Source of the DNA: Balamuthia mandrillaris | Lineage: Eukaryota | Length of the DNA stretch: 64,000 bases | Direction: 5' to 3' | Assembly (NCBI GenBank): GCA_031835245.2 | Contig: JAVKOQ020000093.1 | Span: 62,001 to 126,000, forward strand | Part shown: piece by piece, positions 24,188-38,236 of the stretch | Layout of the letters: the number at the start of each line of letters is the position of its first letter | Numbering within the stretch: position 1 is the stretch's first letter | Position numbers and translations under genes: made by a program | The notes under the pieces: model-generated | Told to the model about the DNA's origin: nothing | The model's database searches: none | What the model saw: the letters and a program-made list of their open reading frames with translations, nothing else

Positions 24188-27100
24188 TTAAAACTCTGAA
24201 GACTTGGCGGCAGAGCCAGAGGAAGAGGAGGTCTCCTTGAGGATGGCCTCAAACTTCTCGTTCAGGGGGCTGCCCTTGATGGTTCCCTTCACAAACTCAT
24301 CAAACTTGACGCTCTGGTCCACGTCGGGGATGGTGGAAATGGCAGCCACCGCCCTCAACGCCGAGCGAATAAGCTCATCGTTCTGGTCGACCTGCTGCTT
24401 GACGGCGGTGTCGCGGGCCTTGGTGGTCACCGTCTTCCTCAAGGGCTCCACCAGGTTGTCCAAGTTGGTGACGAGGGCAACGGGGGCGCAGCCCGCCAAA
24501 CGCACCAACATCAGGTGACAGAGCAGCTTGATGTCAAAGCAAGCGTCGTTCAGGCCTTCCACCAGCTGGTTGATGAAAACGTGGAGGTCCAACTTGGTGA
24601 GGCAGGTGTCCAAGAGGGTGTACATGCACTCAAAGGCGGCCTTCCTGTTCTCCAGACCTTCGTCCACCTTGTGCTTGAAGGGACCCAAGTCCACAACCTT
24701 GACCAGCTCCTTCTTGAACTTGGTCTCCTCGTAGAGGGCGTCGAGATGCTCGGGAAGGACCTCACGAATGAGCTTGGGCTTGTTGTGGGCAGCGTAGTTC
24801 AGGGTCAAGAGGGCTGCCCTGCGCACGTTCACGTCCGAGTCCTTCAACAAGGCCAGGAACTGCGCCATGATGGGCTGCAGCTTGTCATCGGCGGGGTGGG
24901 GGTAGTCCACCACTGTAAACTTGATGGCGGTGACGATGGTGGCACGGGCCAGGGCGCTCTCCGAGCCCAAGTGCTTCTCCAAGGCGGGGACCAGCTCGTC
25001 GGGGCTGATCAGGGTAAACTTGCCCAAGCACTTGGCCACGACAGTTCGGTTGCCCTCCTCTTCGCTCTCCGTATTGACAAAGAGGAGCTCCAGCACGTCA
25101 GAGAGGTAGGGAAGAAGAGCCTTTTGGCGCTCCTCTCCAGTGCTGCGGGAGATGACCTCCTCGAGGGAGTGCATGAGGAGGTACTGCTTGTTGGGCTGGG
25201 CTTTGATTTCCTTGAGGATGTAGGGCAGGAACTTCTTGACGTTACCCACGGCGATGTTGCCCAAGCAGAAGGAGGCGGCGGTCTTCTCCTCCTCGCTGCC
25301 GTCGAAGGCCGAGAGGATGCTCTTGCGAAGGCCCTTGTGGCCGTTGAGGTCCACTTGGCGACCGATCTCTCCCAAGCTCAACAATGCCAATACTTTGCTC
25401 TGTATTTTTGTGGGCAAGGATTAGAACAGACAGTTCAAGGAGGGAGAAAGTGTACAAGCACATACGTTTTCCTTCTTGCCCTTTCTGATATCAGCAATAA
25501 ACTTGTCAACGGTGGCTTTGCGGTTGTCCACATCCACGCTAACGACCAGAGCAGCAATGCACTTAGCAATGTTGGCAAGGCTTTGTTTGGTAGCCTCCTG
25601 AGTGGAGGCTGCCAACAACGAGTCCAACAGCTCCGCAAAACCAAACTTCTTGGCCTCCGCCTTGACCAGTGTTGCATAGAGGGAGAGCAAGCTCTCTAAG
25701 GCCAGACCCTGCAGCAAGGGGCTCCTCACCAGGGCGAGCACCTGCGGGTAGATCTTGCTCTGCACGGTGGGCAGGGTAGACTTGGCATCGGCGGCCACGA
25801 TGGCCTCCACCAGGCGGATGGCCAAGTGGGAAAGATGCAGGTCGGCGTCGCTGACGAGGTTGGCCACTTCATCCAGCACCATAGTGTAGAGCTTGCTGGA
25901 AAGGTCACCCTTCTTGCCGTAGTTCTTGACCACAACGGCCAAGGCCTGCAGGGATACCTGCTTCAACTGGCGGTTGGTTTGGCGAAGGAAGGCGGCCAGC
26001 TCGGAGACGACGTCGGAGAGGACGGCTTTGAGGTCGATATCGAGCGGCGAGGTGGAGATCTCAATAATAGCCTTGACAGAGGTGATGCGTGTGATCTCGT
26101 TCTTGAGACGGTCAACAAGAATGGCGAGAGCCTTTTGGAGTTGCTCCGCAGAGAGCTCATCGCCAAGGCGGGCGATCAGCAGACCCATACAAGTGATGGC
26201 AGCCTCTTTGACTTCCTACAAAGTGTGGACGAAAGTATAAAGTCAATATAAATTAAAAGAAGAGAACCGAAGGAAAAAGACCTGATCGATATCTTGAGCA
26301 TCATATTTATCAAAGATGCTTCCATAAATCTTGCCAGCGTAGGGCTTGTAATCCACAGAGCTTTCCTGGCCGAATGGTCGCAGCACCTTGATCAAGGCAG
26401 AAGTTACGCGAAGTGCCTCCGCCGTGATCTTGTAATAGTTGTCGCCAACAGCCTCCAGCACAGGCTTGGAGAGGGCATCCACGTGGTCGGTGAAGATCTT
26501 GGGAGGGTGAGTGCTTATGAGCAAACGAAGGAAGGTAAGGGCCTCCATCTTCAGGGTGGCGTTAGTGTTCTTGCCGGCAAGAGCAGACTCAATACCACCG
26601 ATAAGGGTGCCCACGTGTTCAGCCAAGATGCCGTCACGCACGTTGACCAACTCTTTAAGCAATTGGAAAATACCGATGCGAGTCTTGACCTTGACAGTCT
26701 TGGCATTGAGCTCCTTGTTAAGGTTGGCGATGACGCTGGGCACGTTCTGTTTGAGAAGGGCCAAGGGGCTGTCTTCCTCGTGTGTGTAGCTCTTGGAGAC
26801 GAGCACTGTTTGTTTCAACACATCTCCAAAAGTAGAAAAGATATCCAGCTAAATGTAAAAGAGGAAAGTTAGTCATTTCTGTTTGTTTGTTGGAGAGAGA
26901 AACAGCAACAAACCTTGACGTTATCTTCTCGTTCCTTGAAACGGGCAATGATGGCAGGAACAACTTCTTTGTAGAGGTCGGCAATCAAGTCGGGTCTGGT
27001 GGTGATGATGGCGCTAAGGCACTTGGCGGAGGATCTCCTGACCTTCCAGCTCATGTCGTCCTCATCGTCATAATCCTCTTCCTCTCCAGAAAAGTCCTCC

Positions 27101-28481
27101 TCATCGCTGCCTTGTTCCTCCTCTTCCTCTTCCTCCTCCATGTCGATCTGGTTGGGGTCGTACTTGACAAACTCCAAGCATTCCTTGACGATTTCATCCA
27201 AGAAGGGTTTGATCTCGGTGGGGCAACGCAGCACCAAAGACTCGAATGTCTGGAAGCAGTTCTCCTTGAGCTCTTCCTCCTCCTCGAACCTTTCGTCGTG
27301 CATGAACTTTATGAGCAACTTCACAATGCTGAGCTCGCCCAAGAACTTGCCTAGGCGGTGGCCCACGCTACGACTGATGGCACCCACCACAGAGATGAGA
27401 GTGCTGATGTGACTTGTTTTTTTGCTCTTCTTAATATTAGTGACGATGTAGTTCACGAGCTCGGTGAAAAGGGCATCGGGAGTGGAAATGGAAAGGAAAC
27501 CGAGGCAGGAGATTGCCTTCTTCCTAGAGGCTACGCGCATGGAGGTAAGATGAGGCAAGATGGCCTTTTGGATCCGCTCGTGGTCTTTGTTCATCAATGT
27601 AGCCAAACGCCTCAACAGATCGCTCAACACACCCAAACTCTCAAATACAATTTCAGGAACGTCTTGCTATTATGCCAAGTAAGCAAAACAAAACAAAAAA
27701 AGAAAGGTGAGAAACACGCTAAGAAAGGGAGAGAAAGGGAAGGGGGGATAGCGAACCTCGATGCCCTTAATGAGCTTTGGTGTGACAGTTTCTACAACAA
27801 GAGGAGCGACAGGCGAGTCAGTGGATGTTTGGGTGATAACCGTCTTCAAGCCGATACCGGCGATGTCTCTGAGCTCGCTCTTCTCGTTTTGCAACAAGTG
27901 GTCAGTCAACTTGTTGACAATGAGCAGGAGTTGAGGCTCTTTGATTCTTTCGATGAGAGGACCCAAGCTGTTTTGGAGCAAAGTACTGAGCAAAGAGCGA
28001 TAACAAAAGAGAGAAGAGAAAAGTAGCAAGAAGCAAAGGAGGAGGGAAGCAGAGAAGAGCGAGAAGTGGGAACGCAAAGAGAATAGCAGCAAGTGAAGAG
28101 AGCACATAACAAAGAAAAGTGGAAAAGGGGTTGCAGTTACCATTTGACAGCCAAACCCTGAACGTCACCAGAGGAATCTTCCAGCAGCTTAACAACGGCC
28201 TCACAGATCTTCTTCTCCTCATCGCTGTTCATTTTGAAGGACTCCTTGGTGAGCTCAGTGGCCAAATCGGAAGTGGCCATGAACCGAAAGTCCTTGTCCC
28301 TGTTGGACATCTGTGGCAACGTTGAAAGCGAAGAGCATGAGAACATCAGCAAACAAAAAAAAGGGGGAGAAAGAAGGGTAGCGGCGGTAGCCGCGTTTTG
28401 AAATCTTTCAAACTGCATCATAAAAAAAAGTGGTGACACCAAACGAACCTTCTCGAGGCAAGAAGAAACGGAGAACGACAT
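24188..28481 (-). CDS. CAND1: Cullin-associated NEDD8-dissociated protein 1 (HEAT repeats), multi-exon
   Basis: MSNRDKDFRFMATSDL, GDVQGLAVK, DDEDDMSWKVRRSSAKCL, RFKEREDNVK, RLKNEITR, VDLGPFKHKVDEGLENRKAAFECMYTLL: all hallmark CAND1/TIP120 blocks. Confidence 0.97.
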
Positions 28482-28631
28482 TGTGTTTGATGGGATGAGC
28501 TGTGATTTTACAAAGTTTTCAACGCTGTTGGTTGTTGTGTGTTTTTTTTAAAAAGTTTTAATGTGTCAGTCGCTAGATTTTTGGTTTTTGAAAAAACAGA
28601 ACGGAAGGGGTGCGTGGGAACCAGAGAGAGC

Positions 28632-28674
<43 letters not shown>

Positions 28675-29738
28675 AGGGGGAAGAAGGAATACCGTGACAA
28701 TCCAACGCTGTGTGTTTGGTCTGACCGCTCTGCAAAGAAAACAGTGCCGAAAAAAAACCACAAATCAACACAGGAAAAAAAAAAAGCGTGAACGAAAATG
28801 GCTGCAGTGAAAACAAGTTTTTGTCGACTCCAATTTAGAATGAAGAATCAGTCAAGGACACCTCCTCCCTAGGTTCCGTCTGCAATCACATTTGATGGTG
28901 AACCGGAGGTTTTTGTTGGGCAGTTTCGTTCCTCCACCCATGAACGAATCAAGGACAACGAGAGAGGACAGGAGCGAACAGGATAGTCGTTGAACCCTCA
29001 GCACGATCGATCATTACTATTTCATCAAGATCTGATCAAAGAACCCTGTTTGAATTTTGTTTGGCGGTTTGAAAGCCCTTGCTCTATTTTTTGATTTTCG
29101 ATTTGGCAACTTGAAACCTCTCTGCTAGATCGGAATAATCGGGATGGGTTTATAGTAGTTGCTGTGCTCGCCGCTTTTCGATATTGCGTTTGGTTTTTAT
29201 AGTGGCAGAAAAAAAAGAATCAAAAGAAAGAAAGAAAGAAGCAAACAAGAAAGAAAGAAACAAAAAGAAAGAACGGCAAAGACGCATCTGCTTGTCAAAC
29301 TTGTCCTGTTGTATATAGAACCGTCCCTTCGCAGAGTTTGTTCAAGTTGTGGTGCCGTGCTTCTCCTTGTGTTGTTTTTGTTTTTGAAAATGTGTCTCTT
29401 CGCTTAGCCGTTTTCAACTTACAGTGAAGCCGAACGAAGGAGGTTAAATTGCTTCCCGGACACTTCAAACGGACCGAAGCGGGCTGTTGTGGTAGCGGTG
29501 CTTTTTTCGGTTTGTGCTTCTTTCACTCCGGACGAAACCACAAAAAATATATAAATGCTCTCTTCCTTCTCTTTCCGGCATTCTTTCTTCTTCTCTTGCT
29601 GCTTCTCTTTCGCTTCTTCTTTCTTATTCGTTCCGTTCTTCTTGTTCTCCTTTATCTTTCATACTTCTTAGAAGACAGACAGGAAAAAAACCGTAAGTCA
29701 GAGACCCTGCAACAAGGAACAGAAAGGAAACGATCAAT

Positions 29739-30119
29739 ATGTCAACCACACCAACGCCAAAGAAGAGCAGCAACAAAAAGTTGGGCTTCAAGCTCAATGC
29801 CACAAAGAAAGGCGTTGCCCAAAAGATCGGCAGAACAAAACTGCAAGATGATGTTGTAAAGGAATACATGAAGGTCAGTCTTACTTTATTCCTTTGTTTC
29901 TTCTTTGCTCTTTGTGCTTTGCCAACTTGTTTGCATTAAACAGCGGTTGAAAGAGACAAGAACGTTCATAATGGAAGTCCATTCCTCCATCACTAAATAT
30001 AACCGAAGCACTGCAAGTTTGTTTTTCATTTCCTTCTTCTTTATATCTTATTACCAACACCTCTTACCTCTGCTTCTCTTGGCTTCTCTGCTCTGCTCTT
30101 CCTTCTCTTCACTCTTCCT

Positions 30120-30151
<32 letters not shown>

Positions 30152-33100
30152 CTTTCTTGTCTCACTTTTGCTTTTCAAGAAAATATGGCTTGTGCCAGAG
30201 ATCTGGCAAACACTTTTCTCTCGTGGGGAGAGCGCTTTATGAACGATAACGAAGAAGAGTTGGGTACGTGTCCTATATTTTTTTTTGAGCTGAACAACGC
30301 AGCTCTTCGCTTCTCCTCTCTCCTCTTCGGAATGGAAACAAAACATTAAACATTCGTTTGTTCCTCATTTAGGGGATTGTCTTTCGCGAGCGGCTCAACT
30401 GTTGCTAAACCTAGAGGATGTGCGTGCTAACTTGGTGAGTTTTTAACGTTTTCGTTTTCTTGTTTGTTTTGCATTTTATTACATTCTCATTTTTTTTTAA
30501 AAAATACAGCATGCTCAGCTGGAGAAGCTGGGCTCTAGCACAGATGTATTTCTAGCAAATGACTATGAAGTGGCAAAGGTATCATCTTATACCAAATGTT
30601 TCAAAGCAGAAGAAGAAGAAGAAGAAGAAGAAGAAGAAGAAGAAGAAGAAGAAGAAGAACAAGAAGAACGGAAATAGAGAGGAGAAATGAAGAATTGCAT
30701 TGGCTTAATGAGTTGTTTTATAATACAGGAACAAAAGAAAAAGTATGATAAAACAAGAGCGAACTATGATGCTGCCGTGCAGAAAGTTAAAAGCATCAAC
30801 GCAAAGAAAGGACAAGTCAATTTGGAACGGCTGGGAACGGTTCGCTTCTTTGCTCTCCTCTTTTACTGCTTCACTTCTTTCTCTCTTCTCTCATTTCTGT
30901 GGTCTTGTTTATTTTACTCATGAAGATAATGTTTGTTATATAGGCGGAGAGAGAAAGAGACCGGTTGAAAGAAATATTAATGGAAGAACAAGTTCAAACA
31001 GGAGTACATCTTCAAGAAACGCTCATCAAAGGCAGCATGGATTCCATCGGCCAACTCGTATTCTTTCTACACCATGCCAACATCTATTACGAGCAAGCTT
31101 GGGGCGTTATGACAGAATTTCAACCCGAGTTTCAGTACATCAAACAAGCTGTACGTCTTTCTTATTCTCTTATCCTCTATTTCTTCTTCGTGTTGTTCTT
31201 GTTCTTCTTCTTGTTCTTGTTCTTGTTCTTGTTCTTGTTCTTGTTCTTCTTCTTGTTCTTGTTCTTCTTCTTGTTCTTGTTCTTGTTCTTGTTCTTGTTC
31301 TTGTTCTTGTTCTTGTTCTTGTTCTTGTTCTTGTTCTTGTTCTTGTTCTTCTTCTTCTTTCATTCCTGTACATTAATTCGTTTTAACTATTATTATAAAA
31401 GGTCCAACGAAACGGATATTTAACATCCCAAAGCAAATCATTGCCCCCGACGCCTCGTGTAGCCTCTCCCTCTGTTGTCTTACAGCCGCCATCCTATCGC
31501 CGCTCCTCAGAGCTAAAAAAGGTACCTGTGGCGGGAGGAGGCGAAGCTCGCGTATCATTCAACAATGAGGAAGAACGAGCCAGCTTCGGCTCCACCTCCG
31601 ATTCTACCTCTGTTTTGCCCTTGGGAATACCCCTTTCCTCCTCTCCTCTCTCTTCCACCTCACCACCCATCGACGAACATCATCAACATCGTCAACAACA
31701 ACATTTTGATGATGCATCCTCTTCCGATGTTGTTGCAATACGACATCCTCATCCTCATTACCCTCATCAATATCAACTGGAAACTGTGGCTACAAACGCT
31801 GATGGGGGAGTGTTCTCCTTCTCACCGGATAGCTCCGGTGATGACATAAGAACCATCAGCAGCCCTCGTTCTGATTATCTCACTCATCCCCAAGTTGTGT
31901 TGGGAGACGCTGCTGCCGAGGCTGAGCTAACAACTTCGTCGTTGTTGGCTGCTCAGCCTCTTCAAACAGCAGAGGAGCGAGACGAACCAGCCGATGATGA
32001 AATAGCAGCGACGGATAAAGACGCGCGGTCCAAGATTGCCTCTTCCTCTTCGCTTGACGACATGCAATTTTCTTTATCGATGTCGCCGCTAGCACCAACG
32101 ACCAAGGCGACGGTGATGAAGAGAGGCGATATGGCGAAGACTGAAGACCAAGATGTTGATCAAAGCGAATTGGAGGCAGCATCTCCCTCCGAACTCATTC
32201 TTCCTTCTTCTCCGCGAATCTCTTCTGTGCCGGTTGTTGGAGCGAATTCAAGTGACGATGAAACACCAATGACAGAGGCAAAACCACAGATACCATCAAC
32301 ACTAGAAAACAATCTCTCCTCCTCTTCTCTTCGTGCTTATCAAGAAACTGCCACCAGCATTACATCCTCTTCCTCTCCATCTCCTTCTGCCTCCCCCTCA
32401 AGTTCTGTTGTTTCCTCTCCACAACCACCGCGAGTTAGGAAACACAAGCCTCCAACAACTCCTCTTCCTCCTTTACCTACAGCCACTCTCTCCTCTTCTC
32501 CGTTTACTTCGGCTTCTTCGTCTGCTTCAACCTCTCCTTATCCTTCTCCTCTATCTGGAAACTCGACGCGGTCTCCCGTATCTCCTCTTGTATCATCTCA
32601 ACGCAACAAACTTCAACACAGTCCATCCTCTTCTCCTTCCTCATCTTCTGAACTTACTGAGGACATAAATGAACATCCCTCCTATTCTCCTCCTCTCCGT
32701 CATAGCGGAGGAGGCGAAAACTTGGATGACGACGACTTGTTGTTGATGGACGATGGTAATAGCAATGCAACAACATCAAGCCCGAGGCCTTCAGCATTGA
32801 CCTCTGCCTCATTGATGCAAAACACATCTACTCGATTCGCTTCTAAGCTCTCCTCTCCGGCTGCTTCCACTTTTGCCCCTAGTTCTCTTTCCTCCACCAC
32901 CAATTCTTCTTATTTGTCTTCTTCTTCTTCTTCATCTTCTTCCCCTTTGAACGACATAAACACTAGCACTACTAACAACGACGACGATGAAATGATGGAC
33001 GCGCAACAGCAGCTGTTGCTCACTGCTGCGAATAAGATATCACCACGTGCGCTGCAATCAGAAGGAGAAGATAGAGGAGAAAGAAAGGAGGTCGGTAAAA

Positions 33101-34994
33101 CCGGCCCCATGTGGATCAAAACCAAAGAGAGAGTCAGTCCCGTCTTCTCTCCTTCTTTCTATGACCCACCTTCTCCCAATAGTGGAACTGGCTCTAACTG
33201 CAGCAGCGCCGCTGACCTTCAAAAACGACGTTCCAATTCGATTATATTCAAACGTTCGGTTATATCAGCTCCCTCCGACTTTAGCCTCAGCGACTTTTCT
33301 GCTGAAAGCAGCAAAACTGCAACCAACAACAACAGTGGAGATGAAAGTGAAACAGCCAACAACAACGTTAGCGAGCACCTCTCCTCTTCATCTTCCGTCT
33401 CGCCAACAACAAAACCGAACGTTCGACCGCGACGAACTCTCTCCTCTTGTTCGCTGAACAGCTTCTCCGCAAAGTCGGATTGGAGCGTGGCCAAGATGGA
33501 CAGCAGAGCAGGAGGTGCGGCTGGACTTGGAGTAGGAAGACATTCTCCTCCCCCGTCTCGTCGCAGCGGCGGAGGAGGACCATTACCACAAGCCACTTCG
33601 TTTGGTCCTTCCTCGTCTTCCTCTTCCGCTTCTTCTTCTCTATCTGCCACTTCAGAATGGAATAGAGCGCTTCCTTCGCCCTTTAGTGCGAGGAGGGCTT
33701 CACTGGCTGCCTCTTATTCTTCTTCCACATACTCTTCTTCGTTCCTACAACAACAATCGGCATCCTCAGAGGAAGACAGTTCTTCTCGATTCGATGCTCG
33801 AAGTGGTGATGAAGAGGAAGAAGAACCCGATTCAGCCTCAACCGCAACTCGACCACATTCATCATACCAGCAACATCAGCGCTCAGATCCTCCTTCTTTG
33901 GCGGAATACAAGCCCAATTATGTGGTTGCTCCGAACTACACCTTTGAGGTCATCAAGGTCAGAAAGAGGAAACGAAGAAGTGTTAAAGCTACTCTTTCCA
34001 TTGACTGTACCAACGTAATGTTCCTTCTTGCTCATTGTTTTATGTAATCTAATTCTCTTGAACTTATTCTCTCTCTCTCTCTCTCTCTCTCGTCATATTT
34101 ATACAGAAAACGATAACATTGAAAGAAGAACACAAAACTGCAAAAGAAAGGCCGATAGCGGACTTGTTGCAAGTAACTCGCGCTGCCGATAGGACAAAGC
34201 TAAGATTCCTGTGGCACCTGCGAGAGAACCCAGAGAAATATGTCTTCCAGAGCTGCAGAGAAAGCGAGAGGTTCTATCAAGCCATTTGGGCTGTCAAATA
34301 TCCTCCTGTTCGCGTCCCTTTCTTTCTTATCGTTGCTTACTTTTAGTGGCATACTAATTCTTCTGCTCATCTTTCTCGCAATAGGTATTCGATAAATATG
34401 GCACTCTCATGCGAAATGAAACATTGAATGTATTCATTGGGAACTGGAATCTCGGTATACTATTCTGCTCTTTCCCTCTTCTCTCTTCTCTCTTCTCTCC
34501 CATGTTTCATCCCTTCTAACCCTCTCCTCTATTACTAGGAGATGCGCCACCCCCGTCTTCATTATCAGCATGGATTCCACGAGAGAAATTCGACATCTAC
34601 GCCATTGCAGTGGAGGAGTGCAAGTATCCACCGCGATTGGGCCATTCCTCATGCGAAGCCGACTGGTTCAATTGCATCCAATCCCATCTGGGACCGAACT
34701 ACATCAAAATGGCGGGTCTCTCCCTTCTGTCCATTCGATTGATCATCATGGTCAAAAGAGAGCACTATTATAAGATAGCGAACATTGAGGTTGGTTGTTT
34801 GTTTGCTTCGTTTCTCTGGTTTTCGCTATTCTCTGTTGCATCTCTTTTTGCACTCTTCCCTTTGGTGAGCACTAACATGTGTCCTTGGAACAGAAAGAGA
34901 AAGAAGCAACCGGCATCGCTAATGTAGTTGGCAACAAAGGAGGAATTGGTACATATTTCCTGTTCTCGTCATCCTTGTTTCCTTCTCTATCTTT

Positions 34995-35042
<48 letters not shown>

Positions 35043-36050
35043 ACATACTAGGCGTATCTTTTTCTTTCTTTGAGACCTCGCTCTGTTTTGTGGGATGTCA
35101 CTTGGCAGCACATCACGAGATGATCGATGCCCGCAACAAAGACTTTCATCATCTTATGAGAGGGCTACGACTGGGTCGTTATCCTGGTGACCTTCACACT
35201 CAATTTGACCACCTTTTCTTCGTTGGGGATCTCAACTATCGCATCAACTTGGACAGAGAGGACGTAATGAGACTTATAGAAGATAAAGACTGGCAAAAGG
35301 TTCTTCTTTCGTTTCTCCTGCCCTTCTTTTTTGAATGTTGACTCATGATATTCTTGGCCTATAGCTGTATGAAAAAGATCAATTGAAGGAACAACGAGAA
35401 CTAGGCAAAGTTTTCAATGGCTTTCAAGAAGGTGACATTGTCTTTCCGCCCACTTATCGGTATACTCGCGGTGACAGAACCTACAATCCTGAGGTCTCTT
35501 TCTTCTCACTCGCTATCTCTTCTCTTTTCTCTCTTCTCGCCCCACTCAATCTCTTATCTATCTTTCTCATTCTCGTTATTTTTGTTGGCACCAAAACAGA
35601 AAGGACGAATACCATCCTATACCGACCGTATCTTATGGCGATCGCTTCCCAATCGTGTCACCTCTCTTCGCTATTACACCTCCAATGATGATCTCACCAC
35701 CAGGTTTACCTCTTCTCCTTCTTGCTTCAGCTATCTGCCCTTCTTTTTTATTTCCCTCTCCAAAAAGAACTAACCATGGTTTCAACATCCTATTTCAAGC
35801 GATCACTCCCCAATTTCTGCTCACTTCTCGTTGAAAGTATTGCTGCCCAACTTACCTGTGGAACACGAACCTCACACAATGATAACTATCACCAACCTCC
35901 GCTGCGAGGGCCTCAAGAAAGTCAAAGCCTACCGCAAAGAAGAAAAGAAGAAACAAAAGCTAGGCAAAAAAGAATCCTTCAAATCCTCTTCTCCATCCCA
36001 TTCCTCCTCCCATTCCTCTTCTCCATCTCATTCTTTATCCACGCCTTCTG

Positions 36051-36081
<31 letters not shown>

Positions 36082-36580
36082 CTCTACTTCCACTAAACGA
36101 GCTCCAAGCCCTTATGTCAGCTTCTTTGCCGACTTTCTCGATGGCAGCAGCAAAGAGCTCAAAACCTCTGTCATGCCCAAAACCTCCAACCCCAATTGGC
36201 CCGACCGAGAGGTGCCTTTCCTCCTACCCTTTGACAACAACGTAAGCAGCATCAAACGAACACACCTCTTCTTTGCCGTGCGTGACCACGAGTCGGGAGA
36301 GTTGGGCCAAGGAGCCCTCTCCATGAGGGACATGTGCAGCGGACAGCCCACCGACTTCGAGGTGATGCTGTTGGACAAAGGCCGTGCTGCAGGGGTGCTG
36401 AGGGCCACGCTCTCCTTGCGCTGGGCCGAGGAGAGCGAGGTGAGCACCGCTGTGGAGCAGAACAACCTGAAGGTCCCCAAGCAGGTCAAGCGGGAGCGGA
36501 GGAAGAGCCGGAAGCTCAGCAATGCCTCCCTTCATCAATTCAACCTTGCAAGCTCGGATGTTATAGTGAGAAAGGATTAA
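29739..36580 (+). CDS. BAR-like domain + Ser/Pro-rich linker + PH-like + inositol polyphosphate 5-phosphatase + C2 (SHIP-like core), multi-exon
   Basis: 5-phosphatase motifs GNKGG, FFVGDLNYRI, FPPTYRY, PSYTDRILW, SDHSPI. C2-like PSPYVSF...KTSVMPKTSNPNW. Seven N-terminal exons splice in frame into a helical BAR-like sequence (KKKYDKTRANYDAA) and on into the large exon at 31402. Confidence 0.85.
31190..31360. repeat. (TTGTTC)n intronic microsatellite
   Basis: Visible tandem repeat in the intron preceding the large exon at 31402. Confidence 0.95.
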
Positions 36581-36751
36581 AAAAAAACCAAGTAGTTTTG
36601 TAACAAAGCTTGTAGAAAAATAAAAAGATAGCTATCTTCATTTCCTTCCTGTATTGAACTCACCCTTTTCTTGCTCAACTCCTATATTGCCAATATGCAT
36701 TAGTTGCCGAAACTTTACCAAGAAAAAAGAGAGACGTGCAGAGAACGAAGG

Positions 36752-36882
36752 ATGGCAGCGTCGTTACGCGTTGCGGTGGTGGGTGCCGGGCCTGGTGGCC
36801 TCTGTACCGCTGCGATTGCCAGCCGTGCCGGTGTTAACGTCCACGTCTTTGAGCGTCGTTCTCTTGAAGCCGACCAGGTTTG

Positions 36883-36927
<45 letters not shown>

Positions 36928-38236
36928 GTAATGACAAAAAGATAACCAAAACGCTCTTAAACAGGGGACGGGCTTTGATGTGAGCGTCAAGTTGCAGGCC
37001 ATTCTAGCGCGCGGTGGCATCACCGCCTCTGACTTTGCTCGCATCTCCCGCCCAGGCAGCGACACCTTCCGCGTGATAAAGTCCACCGCCAGCCAGCCGG
37101 AGGACGTGTTCTGCCATATAGCCCTCCCTCCTTGGCTGAGCAAGCTGCTGCGGGTGCAACCAGCGCCGGAGACCAATCGCCAGGCCATGCAGGCCGCCTT
37201 GGTGGGGCGTGCTTCAGAGGCAGGCGCCTCCATTCGTTTCGGTTGCACGGTCGGAGGCGCGAGAGCCGTGACGGGAACAACGAGCCCTGGTTCCAGTTCC
37301 GTTGGAGCAGAGTTGCTTGATGATGAAGACAACTCGTTGGGCGTCTATGATGTGGTGGTGGATGCCTCGGGCTTTGGTTCACGCCTACGCGCCCTGCGCA
37401 TTGCAGAAAACGCTGACAAGGAGGGGCAAAACAACAAAGAAGCCCACTACACGGGCTATTCCATGGTGCACGGCATCATCTCCGACCCAGAGACGCAGTG
37501 CGATCCTGACCTGGTTCGCTTGCTTGGGCAGGGCACGCTGCAAATCCTGGGACCACGAGGACGAAACATGATGCTGCAGCGCTTCGGTGCTGCTCTGGAG
37601 GATCGCCGCACGTCCCTCTACTACGGCCGGGCCTTTCCGACGCCCAACAGCCTGGCCGAGGCCATCAACATCGATGCCTCTGTGCTCCGTAATGCTAGAG
37701 GAGCGCTCATTACCGATGGGCCCTCTCTCAAACGCATCAAAGAATGGATCCACGATGACATGAAGGAGGCTGCTGCACGTTCCTCGTGGAAGCCTATGTA
37801 CTATCATTGCGTCGAGACGATTCAAGCGGCCGCTCTGCGACCTTTCTGGTTGCATCCCAGCAATCCTTCCTTCCGACCAGAGTCTGACCATTTGCCCTTG
37901 GTGCTCATGGGCGATGCTCTTCATACCGTGCCGCCCTACACGGGTGAGGGCGGCCAGCTAGCCTTGGCTGATGCTGCCGACGTGGCTGACTTTCTGATTC
38001 GCAGCCACAACGACAACAAGGAAGGTCGACGTCATGGTGTGCCTGTAGCGGAGCTGCGTGAGCTCGAACGCAAGTTGCTCAAGCGGGTGGAGTCCGTGGT
38101 GCAGCAGGCTGGCCATACCAAAGCGGCTCTGGAGCGGTTGGCCACGTTCGACTCTGTGGAGGCCATCACATTGAAAGACTACTGGGGGAACCCTTTTCTT
38201 GCTAGTATCATCGGTCTTGTAAACAAGCTACATTGA
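36752..38236 (+). CDS. Class A FAD-dependent monooxygenase, TetX-like (intron 36878-36964)
   Basis: VAVVGAGPGG Rossmann motif; VVDASGFGSRLR (DG motif variant); LMGDALHTVPPYTGEGGQLALADA (GD motif). Confidence 0.9.

Noticed and set aside
24515..25699. 394-aa plus-strand ORF
   Set aside because: Antisense shadow of GC3-rich CAND1 exons; no motifs.
28830..29040. Possible snoRNA/ncRNA in the CAND1 divergent intergenic region
   Set aside because: Only an imperfect box C and a common CTGA; no terminal stem or recognisable guide.
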